Below are positions 36,040 to 47,613 of a stretch of DNA of 64,000 nucleotides, piece by piece (within the stretch, counting starts at the first letter, position 1; each line of letters begins with the position of its first letter). This DNA comes from Tissierellia bacterium (GTDB lineage: Bacteria; Bacillota; Clostridia; Tissierellales; Peptoniphilaceae). The stretch lies in the NCBI GenBank assembly GCA_012728755.1, contig JAAYEL010000020.1, positions 723 through 64,722 on the forward strand. The letters run 5' to 3'. Both the position numbers and the translations under genes were made by a program. The notes under the pieces are model-generated. The model saw only the letters and a program-made list of their open reading frames with translations, made no database searches and was not told where the DNA came from.

Positions 36040-37005
36040 ATGAAAAAAATTAATGTAAAAGAATCTTGGTTAAATACTTTAACTATGGGCTTGTTGGGAG
36101 CGGTGTTAATGTATCTATACTCAAGAGTGGGAGAATTTGCGACTATATTACAAATACTTCCTTTTATGGTCTTATATGTTAATGATGGCCTTAAATCAAC
36201 ATTGGTTGCTATGTTGATTACGTATGTGATTGGATTTTTCTTAGTAGATATAGTTAGTTTAGTTTACTTGATAGTCTTTTTAAGCACATCATCACTATTT
36301 ATAGGATACTCAATAAAAAACAAAAAAAAGTTATCATATATTTTATTAAATGCGACCTATATAAAGATTGCATGTTTTTTAGCGTTAGCACTTTTCTCAT
36401 ATTATGTGCTTGAAGTAAACTTTATCGAAGTTATGAAGGAAGCCTATCAAAAAAGTATTGAATCTGTTGAAGCTAGCCTTGCTATGAACATTGATTTATC
36501 GAAGGCACAAATAGATGGATATATGAAGACTTTAAGAGCATCGGTAGATGTGGCTGTTGAAAATATTCCGGCAATAGTTTTTATCTTTAGCTTTATAGGA
36601 GTCTTTATCAATACCATACTAGGACTAAAAATGCTTAAGAAATCTCGTGGAGATATCAAATATGTGACAAAGCTAAACCTTTTAGGTGCATCGCCTGAAT
36701 TAAAGATAGCAAGTGTATCGACCACTGCTATTGTATTTATAATTTATTTACTAGGATTTGAACATATAGATACTCTGATATCGAATGTTATGATGGTATT
36801 GGGATTTTTCTACTTGGTAAATGGTGTATTGGTGGCAGATTTTATTATTGAAAAGAATAAAAGAAATTGGATGAGATTTATCATGCCAGTATTATTTATA
36901 GTTTTACTACAAGCATATTTTGCATACGTGATAATTGGTTTTTTAGATATGATATTTAATTTTAGAAGGAGGATAATACTTTATGAAAACACGATTGGGA
37001 AATAA
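36040..37005 (+). CDS. yybS: YybS-family (DUF2232) polytopic membrane protein
   Basis: 321 aa, polytopic. Conserved position immediately upstream of gdpP-rplI-dnaB. Confidence 0.7.
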   Translation: MKKINVKESWLNTLTMGLLGAVLMYLYSRVGEFATILQILPFMVLYVNDGLKSTLVAMLITYVIGFFLVDIVSLVYLIVFLSTSSLFIGYSIKNKKKLSYILLNATYIKIACFLALALFSYYVLEVNFIEVMKEAYQKSIESVEASLAMNIDLSKAQIDGYMKTLRASVDVAVENIPAIVFIFSFIGVFINTILGLKMLKKSRGDIKYVTKLNLLGASPELKIASVSTTAIVFIIYLLGFEHIDTLISNVMMVLGFFYLVNGVLVADFIIEKNKRNWMRFIMPVLFIVLLQAYFAYVIIGFLDMIFNFRRRIILYENTIGK

Positions 37006-38959
37006 TTTTGACTTTGATACTTGGTTTGTTCCTGGTGTTGCTATTGTCCTATCCATTATAATTTCTTTTTTTAACATATACATTGGCTTGATAGCATTTG
37101 CTCTTACTGGGTTTGGAGTGTATAAGACTTATAAACAAGATAAGAAAAGAAAAGATTATATTAAGAATTATTTAGATGAGTTGGACATTGCTTTTGAAGG
37201 TGTTACCAAAAATGCCATATTTAATATGCCATTTCCAGTAGCTTTATTAAATGATGACTATAAACTATTATGGTATAACAACAGATTCAAAACTATGTCG
37301 AATCAAACGGATAGTTTAGTAGATAAAAACATCACACAAATACTTCCAAATCTTGATAAAGACGCTATAGCAAAGCAAGATAAATCAAAGATTTATGAAT
37401 TATTTGATAAGAAATATGTAGTTTATACTAATCATGTTAAAGAAAAAGGAGGAGAGGACCTTACTTTAATTTATCTTATTGATGATACAAGTCATCAAGA
37501 CCTGATTAGTGAATATGAAAATACAAAATTAGTTATGACAAGTATTCATATAGATAACTATGATGAGTTAATGACTAATACTCCAAGTGAAAGAAGACCA
37601 CTTTTGTTTGCGCAAATAGATAGATTGGTTAGTGTCTATTTTCATGATAGAGGAGCTAGTATAAAGAAATATGAAAATGATAAATACATTGGTGTATTGA
37701 CTGCTAGTCAACTTAAAGAGTTTGAAAAAGACAAGTTCACTATCGTAGATAGAGTTAGAGATACAAAAATAGGCAATACAATACCACCTACATTATCAAT
37801 CGGTTTTGGTAGAGGTCAGATCGCTCCAAGAGAAAATGAGAAAGCTTCTAATGCAGCTTTAGATGTAGCTTTGGGACGTGGTGGTGACCAAATAGTTGTT
37901 AAAAATGGTGAAGATCTTCAATATTATGGAGGACAAAACAAAGCCACTCAAAAAAGAACGAAGGTTAAAGCTAGAGTTATAGCGCATGCACTGGCTCAAT
38001 TAGTTGACAAATCGACAGAAGTATTTGTTATGGGACATAAAAATCCTGATATGGATTCATTTGGTTCGGCTTTAGGGTTATTTCACGCGGTTGAAAGAAG
38101 AAACAAAGATGTTTATATAGTTCTTAAAGAAGTAACGCCAGCGATAAAAAATTTGTATGTTAGAGCTATTAGCATGATAGATGGATTGGAAGCTAATATC
38201 ATAACTCCAGATGAAGCTTATGAAAAAGCTAGAGCATCTTCATTAATCATTGTTACTGATAACCATAGGAGAAATTCTACTGAGGAACCAAGACTGTTTG
38301 AAAAGTCTAGCAATATTTTCTTAATAGATCATCATAGAAGAGGTAAAGACTATATAGATAATGCTACCTTAATATACATGGAGCCTTATGCATCAAGTTC
38401 TTCAGAACTAGTAACAGAGATGTTAATGTATATGGGTGAAGATATAGCGATTAATGAAACTGTAGCAGAAGGATTACTAGCTGGTATCACAGTAGATACT
38501 AAGAATTTCTTCTATCAAACGGGAGTTCGTACATTTGAAGCGGCATCTGTTCTGAAAAGATATGGTGCAGATTCGATGGTAGTAAAGCAATTATTTAAAG
38601 ATGATATTGAGTTGATTAAGTATAAGTCGGAGATAATAGCAAGCGCAGAAAAGTATCATGATAGTAATTTGATAGGTGTATTTAATAAACAGATGGATTC
38701 TTCTTCATTGATAGCATCACAAGCAGCTGATGATTTATTAAATGCTGATGGTATCGAGGCATCATACGTATTGACGACAGTGGATGGAAAGACACATATT
38801 AGTGCAAGATCACTAGGAGCAGTGTCCGTTCAGTTAATTATGGAAAAGCTAAATGGTGGTGGACATTTGACAGCTGCTGCTACACAGCTTGATATGAGCA
38901 TAGAAGATGCGATAGTTAAGTTAAAAGAGACAATAGATAGTTATAAGTTAGGAGAGTAA
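36983..38959 (+). CDS. gdpP: cyclic-di-AMP phosphodiesterase GdpP (2 TM + PAS-like + degenerate GGDEF + DHH/DHHA1)
   Basis: 658 aa. DHH motif context (IDHHRR) and GGGH in DHHA1. Synteny with rplI and dnaB. Confidence 0.85.
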   Translation: MKTRLGNNFDFDTWFVPGVAIVLSIIISFFNIYIGLIAFALTGFGVYKTYKQDKKRKDYIKNYLDELDIAFEGVTKNAIFNMPFPVALLNDDYKLLWYNNRFKTMSNQTDSLVDKNITQILPNLDKDAIAKQDKSKIYELFDKKYVVYTNHVKEKGGEDLTLIYLIDDTSHQDLISEYENTKLVMTSIHIDNYDELMTNTPSERRPLLFAQIDRLVSVYFHDRGASIKKYENDKYIGVLTASQLKEFEKDKFTIVDRVRDTKIGNTIPPTLSIGFGRGQIAPRENEKASNAALDVALGRGGDQIVVKNGEDLQYYGGQNKATQKRTKVKARVIAHALAQLVDKSTEVFVMGHKNPDMDSFGSALGLFHAVERRNKDVYIVLKEVTPAIKNLYVRAISMIDGLEANIITPDEAYEKARASSLIIVTDNHRRNSTEEPRLFEKSSNIFLIDHHRRGKDYIDNATLIYMEPYASSSSELVTEMLMYMGEDIAINETVAEGLLAGITVDTKNFFYQTGVRTFEAASVLKRYGADSMVVKQLFKDDIELIKYKSEIIASAEKYHDSNLIGVFNKQMDSSSLIASQAADDLLNADGIEASYVLTTVDGKTHISARSLGAVSVQLIMEKLNGGGHLTAAATQLDMSIEDAIVKLKETIDSYKLGE

Positions 38960-38960
38960 A

Positions 38961-39407
38961 ATGAAAATAATATTATTAGAAGATGTAAAAGGTTTAGGCA
39001 AAAAGGGTGAATTAGTAAATAGTAAGACTGGGTATTTTAGAAATTTCCTAGCACCAAAGAATTTAGCTGTTGAAGCAACACCTGCAAATAAAAAGGCTTG
39101 GGAAGAAGAACAACTACAAAAAGCTGAAATTTTCAAAGAAAATAAAAACCTTGCTTTAGAATTAAAAGAAAAATTAGAAAATACAAAAGTTGTTTTAAAA
39201 GTAAAAAGTGGTAATGATGGCAGACTTTTTGGCTCTGTGACATCAGGCGATATCGCAAAAGCGCTTAATGAACAACATAAATATGATATAGATAAAAAGA
39301 AAATTGAACTTGGCGAAAATATTAAAACGGAAGGTGTTCATAAGGTTGGAGTTAGAGTGTTCCCAGAGATACTTGCCCAATTAAATGTAGTTGTTGAAAA
39401 AGAATAG
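38961..39407 (+). CDS. rplI: 50S ribosomal protein L9
   Basis: 148 aa. [19 protein letters not shown] start. Confidence 0.95.
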   Translation: MKIILLEDVKGLGKKGELVNSKTGYFRNFLAPKNLAVEATPANKKAWEEEQLQKAEIFKENKNLALELKEKLENTKVVLKVKSGNDGRLFGSVTSGDIAKALNEQHKYDIDKKKIELGENIKTEGVHKVGVRVFPEILAQLNVVVEKE

Positions 39408-39415
39408 AGGATAAT

Positions 39416-40759
39416 ATGGATCAAGAAATTAAAGGCAATGCTCCGCAAGCGGTTGAGGTCGAAAAGTCAATTCTCGGACTGGTAATCGTTAATAACAACT
39501 TAATAAATATTTTATTAGAGAGAATGCGTTCTGATTATTTTTATGATCCTAGAAATAAGATTATCTTTGATGCTATTAGAGACCTTAACTTCTTAAATAA
39601 GCCTGTAGACTATACGACTATAGCAAATGAACTAGAAAAGAGTAAAGGACTTGAGAGCATAGGTGGTACTTCATATATATATAATCTTTTAGAACCTTCA
39701 TACTATGCTGCAAATATTGAAGTATACATGGAGATAGTTAAGGAAAAGGCCATACTTAGAAATCTTCTAGGTCTTGGTCATGAGGTAGTATCAGACGTAT
39801 TTAATGGACAAGATGACTCTGAGTCAATAATAGGTAAATTCTCCGAAAAATTGTTTAGGATGAGTGAGTATTCGACAGAAGAAGGACTTACAAAATTAGA
39901 ACAAATAGTACCTAGCACTTATCAATATATGATTGAGATGAAGGATAATGATGGTGAACTTACAGGAATTACCACAGGATTTAAGGACTTAGATAGACAA
40001 TTAAGTGGTCTACAAAATTCAGATTTAATACTATTAGCTGCTAGACCTTCTGTTGGTAAGACAGCTTTAGGTATCAATATGGGGATCAATGCCGCTAAAG
40101 CTGGTAAGAGAGTCGCAGTATTTTCTTTAGAAATGAGTAAGAGACAGATATCTCAAAGAATTATCTCGATGCTTACTATGGTCGAGCTTCAAAATATTAT
40201 TTCGGGAAATATCACCGAAGAAGACTGGCAAGTTTTATTTACAAAAGTTGAAGAGATTAAAGATTTAGATGTTTATATTGATGACACGGCTAGTATATCT
40301 CTTACAGAATTAAGAGCGAAAGCGAAAAGAAAAAAGCAAGAAGTAGGTTTAGATTTGATCGTTATCGACTACTTACAGCTTATGACTACAGATTCAAAGC
40401 GTGTTGAAAATAGACAACAAGAAATATCAAATATATCAAGAGGATTAAAAGCATTGGCGAAGGAATTAAATATACCTGTGCTGGCTTTATCGCAATTGTC
40501 TAGAAAGTCTGAGGAAAGAACAAATAAAAGACCGATGTTATCTGACCTTAGAGAGTCTGGGGCGATCGAGCAAGATGCCGACGTTGTTATGATGCTTTAT
40601 AGGGATGACTACTATAACGAAGATACAGAGCATCCCGATGTCCTAGAAGTTATCGTTGGAAAGCATAGAAATGGTCCTACGGGAACAGTCTATCTACATT
40701 TCAACAAACCATATACTTCATTTATGGATACGGAATATGTCCCAGAAGATAATAGCTAA
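39416..40759 (+). CDS. dnaB: replicative DNA helicase
   Basis: 447 aa. Walker A ARPSVGKTA, plus DYLQLM and ESGAIEQDADVV motifs. Confidence 0.95.
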   Translation: MDQEIKGNAPQAVEVEKSILGLVIVNNNLINILLERMRSDYFYDPRNKIIFDAIRDLNFLNKPVDYTTIANELEKSKGLESIGGTSYIYNLLEPSYYAANIEVYMEIVKEKAILRNLLGLGHEVVSDVFNGQDDSESIIGKFSEKLFRMSEYSTEEGLTKLEQIVPSTYQYMIEMKDNDGELTGITTGFKDLDRQLSGLQNSDLILLAARPSVGKTALGINMGINAAKAGKRVAVFSLEMSKRQISQRIISMLTMVELQNIISGNITEEDWQVLFTKVEEIKDLDVYIDDTASISLTELRAKAKRKKQEVGLDLIVIDYLQLMTTDSKRVENRQQEISNISRGLKALAKELNIPVLALSQLSRKSEERTNKRPMLSDLRESGAIEQDADVVMMLYRDDYYNEDTEHPDVLEVIVGKHRNGPTGTVYLHFNKPYTSFMDTEYVPEDNS

Positions 40760-41348
40760 GAGGGATGAATACTACATTAAAGATCTGGAAGCACAGGATA
40801 GATTTTTATTGAATAAATGGGCGGAGTTTGAAGACCCAATTTTCTATGGATACAATTATGTTGATATGAGCGATAAGGAGTTAAGCTATTGGTATAGTAC
40901 CAAACAATATCCTTTTAGGGTATCGTATTTTAGCGTGATGGACTATGATGGAAATATGATTGGATATCTTGGGATTAAAGAAATTAACCGTTTTACAAAG
41001 GCGGCAAAGCTTGGTATAGTTCTTGACCCCAGACATGTATCAAAGGGGTATGGAACTTTGATAATGAAGGATTTTTTAGCATACTATTTTGATGAATTAA
41101 ACATGAAAAGGCTTAATTTAGAGGTTAATGGGTGGAATAAAAGAGCTATTAATCTATATAAGAAGTTTGGGTTTAAATACTATGGTGAATATATGCAAAA
41201 ATTCGAAAACCAGACATTAGACATTTACTCGGACGAATACAGCGATGTAAGTGAATTTTTCGAAGAGAAAACTTTAGGATTATATAATAAGATATATAAG
41301 ATGAGTATGACTAAACTAGAATATGAGGAGGGCAAAGATGAGATTTGA
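40737..41348 (+). CDS. GNAT-family N-acetyltransferase
   Basis: The ORF is open from 40656, but the ATG at 40737 (MSQKII...) avoids a 100-nt overlap with dnaB. Acetyl-CoA-binding-type segment GYGTLIMKDFLAYYF...AINLYKKFGF. Confidence 0.7.
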   Translation: MSQKIIAKRDEYYIKDLEAQDRFLLNKWAEFEDPIFYGYNYVDMSDKELSYWYSTKQYPFRVSYFSVMDYDGNMIGYLGIKEINRFTKAAKLGIVLDPRHVSKGYGTLIMKDFLAYYFDELNMKRLNLEVNGWNKRAINLYKKFGFKYYGEYMQKFENQTLDIYSDEYSDVSEFFEEKTLGLYNKIYKMSMTKLEYEEGKDEI

Positions 41349-42147
41349 AACTGATAAAACTACAATTGATTTGGGCTATACTCCCGTTGAAAATATGTTT
41401 ATTCATACATATTTATCGTTAGCAAATGGCGATCAGATAAAGGTATACCTTTATGCTTTATCCAATGCTCACTCTAATAACAAAGAAGAGATCACAAATG
41501 ATATGATAGCATTTGAGATGGGCTTATCTGAAGGGCAAGTGATAGATGCATGGGCTTATTGGCAAGAAAAGGGCTTGGTTGAGGTAAAGGGTAATACGGT
41601 TGTATTAAAGAGTCTAAGAAACAATTACATTAATCAGTTAATGGGATATGATACATCAGAAAACCAAATGGAAAAAGAAATCATAGATAGCTCATTTGAT
41701 AATGTAGATAAATTAAGTGCTCATGAAAAGAAACTTATAGAAGATATCGAAGAGTTTATCTCACAGGGAAAAGATGTGAGGATCAATTTACAAAATAATG
41801 AAATCCAAGCGATTCATAACCTGATACGTGAGCTGAATTTGACGCATGACTATTTCCTATATGCTTATGGTATGGCTTCAGTTGAGGCAGATTCAAAGAC
41901 GGTACCGTTGATAACAAAATATATTAGGAATTGGTATACTGATGGTGCAGTTGATGAGGCTTCGCTTGATGCACTATTGGAAAAGAAAAACAACGAGAAA
42001 AAAGATAAAGAAGAATATATATCTAAAAAGAAATCTTCAAAGAAACCTAGTTTACCTAAAGATGATAGGATGAGTCGTGAAGAACGTAAACGATTTATTG
42101 AAAATAAGATGAAAAATAGAGATCTAATGCCTAGGAGGAAAAAATGA
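41338..42147 (+). CDS. DnaD-domain replication initiation / helicase-loading protein
   Basis: Start at ATG 41338 after GAGGAGGG. N-terminal winged-helix-like region with YLYAL, a DnaD/DnaB_2 repeat with YIRNWY, and a basic C-terminal tail. Confidence 0.75.
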   Translation: MRFETDKTTIDLGYTPVENMFIHTYLSLANGDQIKVYLYALSNAHSNNKEEITNDMIAFEMGLSEGQVIDAWAYWQEKGLVEVKGNTVVLKSLRNNYINQLMGYDTSENQMEKEIIDSSFDNVDKLSAHEKKLIEDIEEFISQGKDVRINLQNNEIQAIHNLIRELNLTHDYFLYAYGMASVEADSKTVPLITKYIRNWYTDGAVDEASLDALLEKKNNEKKDKEEYISKKKSSKKPSLPKDDRMSREERKRFIENKMKNRDLMPRRKK

Positions 42148-43091
42148 GTAGAGCAAACAAAATCCTGGAGCAAAGAAGAGCAAAAAATCATAAAGATTTA
42201 GATAATAGAAAACAAGAAGTTTATACATCTTCTCCAAGAATTCATGAGATTGAGAAGGAATTGGAAAAGCTGAATCATGCTTTTATGCAGGCATTGATAA
42301 ATACAAAAGATACCAAAGATATAGGTATACAAATTGAGAAATTGCGTAAAGAAAAAATAGCACTTATGAATGAACTTGGATATGATAAGGACTATCTAAA
42401 TATCAAATATCATTGCGATATATGTAAAGATACTGGCGCAAATAACGGTAAGATATGTCAGTGCAAAAAGAAACTATTGATCGAAACTCTATATGACCAA
42501 AGTAGCATTAAGCAAAGGCTTGATATGGAAAATTTCTCAAATTTTAAGCTAAATGTATTTAGAAAATCAAGACAAGCTGGTGAGGATTTAAGTCCATATG
42601 AAAATATGAGAATCATTAAAGCTGAGATGCAAAAATATGTTAAGAATTATGCTTCAACATCACCATCACTTTTCCTATATGGTCAAGTTGGCACTGGGAA
42701 GACATTTATGGTAAATTGTATAGCTAAAGAACTTATGGATAAGGGAGTTTCAGTACTTTATCAATCAGCTCAAGAGCTTTTACAAACATTAACCAGCTAT
42801 CAGTTTATGTATAGTGAAGATAAAAAGCAAAATACTGAGAAAATAGAGTTTATTTTTAGTGTAGATGTATTAATTATTGATGATTTGGGAACAGAAAGCA
42901 CTAATGATGTAGTTAGAGCAAACTTGTTTGAGATAATCAATAAAAGACTTGTAAATGAAAAGACTACGATAATTTCATCAAATATTGATTTATATGATTT
43001 ATCAATACATTATGATGATAGAATTAACTCTAGAATCATGGGTGAATATGTACCATTTTACTTTTATGGAAATGATTTAAGGATGGCCTAA
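42144..43091 (+). CDS. DnaI/DnaC-type AAA+ helicase loader with an N-terminal zinc-binding module
   Basis: 315 aa. CDICKDTG...CQCKK, Walker A GQVGTGKTF, Walker B LIIDDLG. Confidence 0.8.
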   Translation: MSRANKILEQRRAKNHKDLDNRKQEVYTSSPRIHEIEKELEKLNHAFMQALINTKDTKDIGIQIEKLRKEKIALMNELGYDKDYLNIKYHCDICKDTGANNGKICQCKKKLLIETLYDQSSIKQRLDMENFSNFKLNVFRKSRQAGEDLSPYENMRIIKAEMQKYVKNYASTSPSLFLYGQVGTGKTFMVNCIAKELMDKGVSVLYQSAQELLQTLTSYQFMYSEDKKQNTEKIEFIFSVDVLIIDDLGTESTNDVVRANLFEIINKRLVNEKTTIISSNIDLYDLSIHYDDRINSRIMGEYVPFYFYGNDLRMA

Positions 43092-43092
43092 T

Positions 43093-43784
43093 ATGAGAGA
43101 TATCACCGTTACTAAAGAAGAGATGAAAAGAATTGAGAGATATGCTATCGATTATTATGGTATATCTGAGATTGCTTTGATGGAAAATGCAGCTTCAAAG
43201 GTTGTTAAGAATATTAAGAATGTTGAGATTGAAAAAAGTAATAGATATGCTATTATCTGCGGGGTCGGAAACAATGGGGCAGATGGACTTGTAGTTGCTA
43301 GGCATTTACTTGCTTTAGATAAGATGGTAGATATCTATATTATCGGTGATGAGAATAAGGGTTCGCCTTTGTTCAAAATGAATTTAGAAATTATTAAAAA
43401 GATTAAAGATGAGATTAAGTCTTTAGATGTGATAGGTGAACTTCAAGATTTAAGAACTAATCTAAACAAGGCAACCACTATAATCGATGCGATTACGGGG
43501 ACTGGATTTGAAGGGTCTTTTGATGGAAATATTGACTATGTTATAGAAACTATCAATGATTCGAATAGATATATTATCTCTATTGATATGCCTTCGGGTA
43601 TGGATGCTAATAGTGGTAATGTCTCAACGGTATGTGTGATGCCAGACTTGATCGTAACATTATGCATATGAAACAAGGCTTGACTAGAACGAGCAGATTG
43701 ATAGGTACAAAGGTGATGGTTGAAAGCATCGGTATTCCGATTGAAGCATCATACAAAGTGGTACCTTTTAGACCAAATTTTTAG
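43093..43784 (+). pseudogene. nnrE: NAD(P)H-hydrate epimerase (YjeF_N/NnrE), interrupted by a 1-nt frameshift near 43660
   Basis: Frame A ends DLIVTLCI* at 43671. The frame offset by +2 continues MHMKQGLTRTSRLIGTKVMVESIGIPIEAS to the TAG at 43782-43784, which is the conserved VTF...K.GL...V.DIGIP tail. One extra T in ACATTATG would restore VTFMHMKQGL. Confidence 0.65.
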
Positions 43785-43792
43785 GAGGAAAT

Positions 43793-45061
43793 ATGTTAGA
43801 TATTAAAAGAATAAGAAGTAATAAAGAAGAAGTGCTTGAAGCTCTTAATAAAAGAAGCGGAAGCTTTCCAATAGATAAAGTATTAGAATTAGATGAACAA
43901 AGAAGAACTATATTAGTTGATGTAGAAGCAAAAAAAGCAGAGCAAAATAAAGTATCTAAGATGATTCCTCAAATGAAGAAAAATGGTGAAGATACTACAG
44001 AGATTATGGCTCAAATGAAAGACCTTGCTCAAGAGATTAAAGACCTTGATACTCAAGTAAGAGAAGTAGAAAATCAGATAGAAGAAACTATTCTTTACAT
44101 ACCAAATACTCCAAATCCTCAAGTGCCTGTTGGCAAGGATGATACGGAAAATGTAGAAATTAGGACTTTTGGTACTCCAAGAGAATTTGATTTTGAACCT
44201 AAAGCGCACTGGGACCTAGGAGTAGATTTAGATATATTGGATTTTGAGCGTGCAGCTAAGATAACAGGAGCTAGATTTACTGTATTTAAAGGTATGGGTT
44301 CTAGATTAGAAAGATCTATTACGAATTTTATGCTTAACCTTCATACTTCAGAACATGGATACACAGAATTAGCTGTGCCATTTATGGTAAATAGAAATGC
44401 GATGATTGGTACTGGACAACTTCCAAAATTCGAAGAAGATATGTTTCACCTTCCAACAAAGGACTTCTTCTTGATACCAACTGCCGAAGTACCTGTAACA
44501 AACTTTAGAAAAAATGAGATAATTGAAAATGCTGAGTTACCTCTTTACTACACAGCTTATACTCCATGCTTTAGACAAGAAGCTGGAAGTGCTGGTAGAG
44601 ATACAAGAGGACTTATTAGAAATCATCAATTTGATAAGGTAGAGCTTGTAAAGTTAGTTAAACCAGAAAATTCATATGATGAGCTAGAAAAGCTAACAAG
44701 AAATGCAGAAGAGGTACTTCAAAGACTAAATATCCCATATAGAGTAGTTATATTATCTACTGGCGATTTAGGGTTTTCATCAGCAAAGACTTATGATATA
44801 GAAGTGTGGATGCCTTCATATGGCAGATATGTTGAGATTTCTTCATGTTCAAATTTTGAAGATTTCCAAGCAAGAAGAGCTAATCTTAAATTTAGAGATG
44901 AAGATGGAAAGGTAAAATTCCTTCACACTCTTAATGGTTCAGGACTTGCAGTCGGAAGAACATTTGCAGCAATACTTGAAAACTATCAAAATGCGGATGG
45001 TTCAGTAACTATTCCTCAAGAACTAATTCCATATATGGGTGTAGATATTATAGAAAAATAG
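43793..45061 (+). CDS. serS: serine--tRNA ligase
   Basis: 422 aa. N-terminal coiled-coil arm and class II core ([31 protein letters not shown]). Confidence 0.95.
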   Translation: MLDIKRIRSNKEEVLEALNKRSGSFPIDKVLELDEQRRTILVDVEAKKAEQNKVSKMIPQMKKNGEDTTEIMAQMKDLAQEIKDLDTQVREVENQIEETILYIPNTPNPQVPVGKDDTENVEIRTFGTPREFDFEPKAHWDLGVDLDILDFERAAKITGARFTVFKGMGSRLERSITNFMLNLHTSEHGYTELAVPFMVNRNAMIGTGQLPKFEEDMFHLPTKDFFLIPTAEVPVTNFRKNEIIENAELPLYYTAYTPCFRQEAGSAGRDTRGLIRNHQFDKVELVKLVKPENSYDELEKLTRNAEEVLQRLNIPYRVVILSTGDLGFSSAKTYDIEVWMPSYGRYVEISSCSNFEDFQARRANLKFRDEDGKVKFLHTLNGSGLAVGRTFAAILENYQNADGSVTIPQELIPYMGVDIIEK

Positions 45062-45068
45062 GTAGATT

Positions 45069-46151
45069 ATGAGAAATAAGAAGGTTGACAAGCGAATTGT
45101 ATTAACAGGTGGGGGAACTACTGGGCATGTATCAGTAAACCTTGCGCTTATACCAAAGTTGCTTGATTTAGGTTATGAGATATACTATATGGGATCGAAG
45201 GATAGGATAGAGCGAGAGCTAGTAGAACCAATCGAAAATGTGACATACATCCCGATATCCACTGGTAAGCTAAGAAGGTTTTTCTCGTGGGAAAATTTTA
45301 TAGATGTTTTCAAAGTTATCGCTGGTTCGATTCAATCCATCTGGCATATATTTAAGATTCGACCAAATATCGTTTTTTCAAAGGGAGGATTTGTATCTGT
45401 GCCTGTATTAGTCGGTGCTAAGCTTAATGGTGTGCCGTCTATCACTCATGAGTCAGATTTAACTCCAGGACTTGCAAATAAATTGGTTCAACCTATAGTT
45501 AAAGAAGTTCTTACGACTTTTCCAGATACAGTTGACTATATCAAGTCAGGTAAAGGTGAATACTTAGGACCAGTTATTAGAGATGGTCTAAAAAATGGAG
45601 ATGCAAATAGGGCTAGACAAAGATATGGTATGGATGATAAGCCTGTCATATTAGTAATGGGTGGTTCTTTAGGAGCTAGAGCTCTTAACAATCTAATCAG
45701 AGAATCCCTAGGAGAACTTACTAAAAAATATAATGTAGTTCATTCATGTGGTAAAGAAGAATATGATGCTACTATTGATAATGATTCATACTATCAATTT
45801 GAATACATTAATGAAGGTCTTAATGACGTATTAGCTTTAGCGGACATAGTAGTCTCAAGAGCAGGTTCAAATGCCATCTTTGAGTTTCTTTACTATAAGA
45901 AACCCATGCTATTAATACCTCTACCAACTTCACAAAGTAGAGGCGATCAAATAGACAATGCCAAATCATTTGAAAATCAAGGCTTTGCATTAATGAAAAT
46001 GGAAGAGGATCTAACAAGTCCGATCCTTATAGAAACCATCGTACAAATGATGAATGACAGAGAAAAATATCAAGAAAAGCTTGAAAAAGTAAACTTTGAT
46101 GACTCGCTTTCGGTCTTGATAGAAAAAATTGAAAAATACAAGAAAAACTAG
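45069..46151 (+). CDS. murG: undecaprenyldiphospho-muramoylpentapeptide beta-N-acetylglucosaminyltransferase
   Basis: 360 aa. Motifs LTGGGTTGHV, THESD and SRAGSNAIFE. Confidence 0.9.
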   Translation: MRNKKVDKRIVLTGGGTTGHVSVNLALIPKLLDLGYEIYYMGSKDRIERELVEPIENVTYIPISTGKLRRFFSWENFIDVFKVIAGSIQSIWHIFKIRPNIVFSKGGFVSVPVLVGAKLNGVPSITHESDLTPGLANKLVQPIVKEVLTTFPDTVDYIKSGKGEYLGPVIRDGLKNGDANRARQRYGMDDKPVILVMGGSLGARALNNLIRESLGELTKKYNVVHSCGKEEYDATIDNDSYYQFEYINEGLNDVLALADIVVSRAGSNAIFEFLYYKKPMLLIPLPTSQSRGDQIDNAKSFENQGFALMKMEEDLTSPILIETIVQMMNDREKYQEKLEKVNFDDSLSVLIEKIEKYKKN

Positions 46152-46168
46152 GGAGACCTAGTTTTTTT
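46143..46168 (+). terminator. intrinsic terminator of murG
   Basis: AAAAACTAGG-GAGA-CCTAGTTTTT with a T-run. The stem overlaps the stop codon. Confidence 0.7.
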
Positions 46169-46202
46169 GATGCTTTTTAGATTGCATTGTATATGTGCAA
46201 TG

Positions 46203-46224
46203 AAAAAGTCCGACATAGTCGGAC
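46203..46224 (-). terminator. intrinsic terminator of murF
   Basis: GTCCGAC-ATA-GTCGGAC with a U-run on the minus strand, 5 nt after the murF stop. Confidence 0.75.
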
Positions 46225-46229
46225 CTTAA

Positions 46230-47612
46230 TTATAGAACATTTATTTTTTCTAATGCTTCAACTATTTCTTCAAGACGAATCGACCTTGAAGCTTTTACTA
46301 ATACTAATGAATTTTTCTGTATTAGATATTTGGCTTTATCTAACAGAATATCTTTTGACTCTGCATAGAAGACATGCCCAAATGGGAATCTCTTTTCAGC
46401 CTCTTCAGCTATGAATTTACTTAGTGGACCTGTAAGTAATAGATAGTCTACCTTGCTTGGGTCAATCTCTCTACCAATCTCACGATGAAGAAGTTCTTCA
46501 TTATCACCTAGTTCTAACATATCTCCAAGTATGGCAATTTTTCTCTTATAGCCACTTAGGATGTCAAGAGTATCAAGTGCTGAAAGCAATGATTGGGGAT
46601 TTGATTTGTAGCTATCATTTAGGATATCAAAGCCTTGGCAGCTTATTAATTCACTTCGCATCTCGCTAGTTTCGTTAATCTCCAATTGCCTTTTTACTAC
46701 ATTTTTATCTAAACCATAGATTTTTGCCACGATAATAGCGCAAGTGGCATTGTATACTTGGTGAAGTCCTACTTTTGAAGTCCTAAATTCTTCTCCGTTT
46801 AGCTTAAATGTAGAACCATTATTAGTATTATTAACCACTTCAATCACATAATCAGAATCTTTATCTTGTCCAAAAGTAATTGTCTTTTGTTTAATCTCTC
46901 TTTCATTAACAGCTGCTTTTATATACTCATCATCATAATTATAGATAAAATACCCGTCATCAGATAATCCATTTACGATATCTAATTTCTCTCTAGCTAT
47001 TAAATCCTTAGATTTAAGTATATGAAGATGTGCATCTCCAACATTTGTAAGTATAGCGATATTTGGTTTAACCATTCTAGATAGATAATCTATTTGGCCA
47101 AAACCATCTGTTCCCATCTCTACTACACCTAATTCAGTCTCCTTACTTAATCTAAGAAGAGTTCTTGGTACGCCAATCTCATTATTTAGATTGCCGATAG
47201 TCTTAGCGATTTTCATCGATTTTGAAAAAACTAGAGCTATTAGATCTTTTGTTGAAGTCTTTCCATTTGATCCAGTGATACCAATGATATCGACATTTTT
47301 AAGCGAATTTCTATAATTAGTCGCAAGTCTAGCAAAAGCTTCGTTTGAGTTTTCTACATAAACAATAGGTTTATCCTCAAATAAAGAAGCTCTACCTTTT
47401 TCAGAAAAAACAGCCGCAGCTCCTTTATCAAAAGCTTGCTTTATAAATAGGTGACCATCAAGTTTTTCGCCAATAATTGGCATATACATCTCGCCTGAGT
47501 TAAGGGTTCTAGTATCTATAGAGACCACATCAATTATGATATCTGAAAATTCATCATTATTAAGTTGACCGCCTGATAATTCAGCTATCTGGCCTAGTGT
47601 TAAGCTTAGCAT
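46230..47612 (-). CDS. murF: UDP-N-acetylmuramoyl-tripeptide--D-alanyl-D-alanine ligase
   Basis: 460 aa. GITGSNGKTSTKD P-loop and Mur ligase middle and C-terminal domains. Confidence 0.93.
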   Translation of the reverse strand: MLSLTLGQIAELSGGQLNNDEFSDIIIDVVSIDTRTLNSGEMYMPIIGEKLDGHLFIKQAFDKGAAAVFSEKGRASLFEDKPIVYVENSNEAFARLATNYRNSLKNVDIIGITGSNGKTSTKDLIALVFSKSMKIAKTIGNLNNEIGVPRTLLRLSKETELGVVEMGTDGFGQIDYLSRMVKPNIAILTNVGDAHLHILKSKDLIAREKLDIVNGLSDDGYFIYNYDDEYIKAAVNEREIKQKTITFGQDKDSDYVIEVVNNTNNGSTFKLNGEEFRTSKVGLHQVYNATCAIIVAKIYGLDKNVVKRQLEINETSEMRSELISCQGFDILNDSYKSNPQSLLSALDTLDILSGYKRKIAILGDMLELGDNEELLHREIGREIDPSKVDYLLLTGPLSKFIAEEAEKRFPFGHVFYAESKDILLDKAKYLIQKNSLVLVKASRSIRLEEIVEALEKINVL

Positions 47613-47613
47613 A

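Noticed and set aside
40656-40736. ORF-track start codons that create long overlaps or use weak starts (GNAT at 40656, helicase at 32255 TTG, DnaD at 41323, glpX at 49742 TTG, prfA at 53506, prmC at 52609 TTG, aminotransferase at 60117)
   Set aside because: Downstream ATG codons with better Shine-Dalgarno spacing, or with N-termini matching the expected family start, were preferred. The exact starts remain uncertain without alignments.
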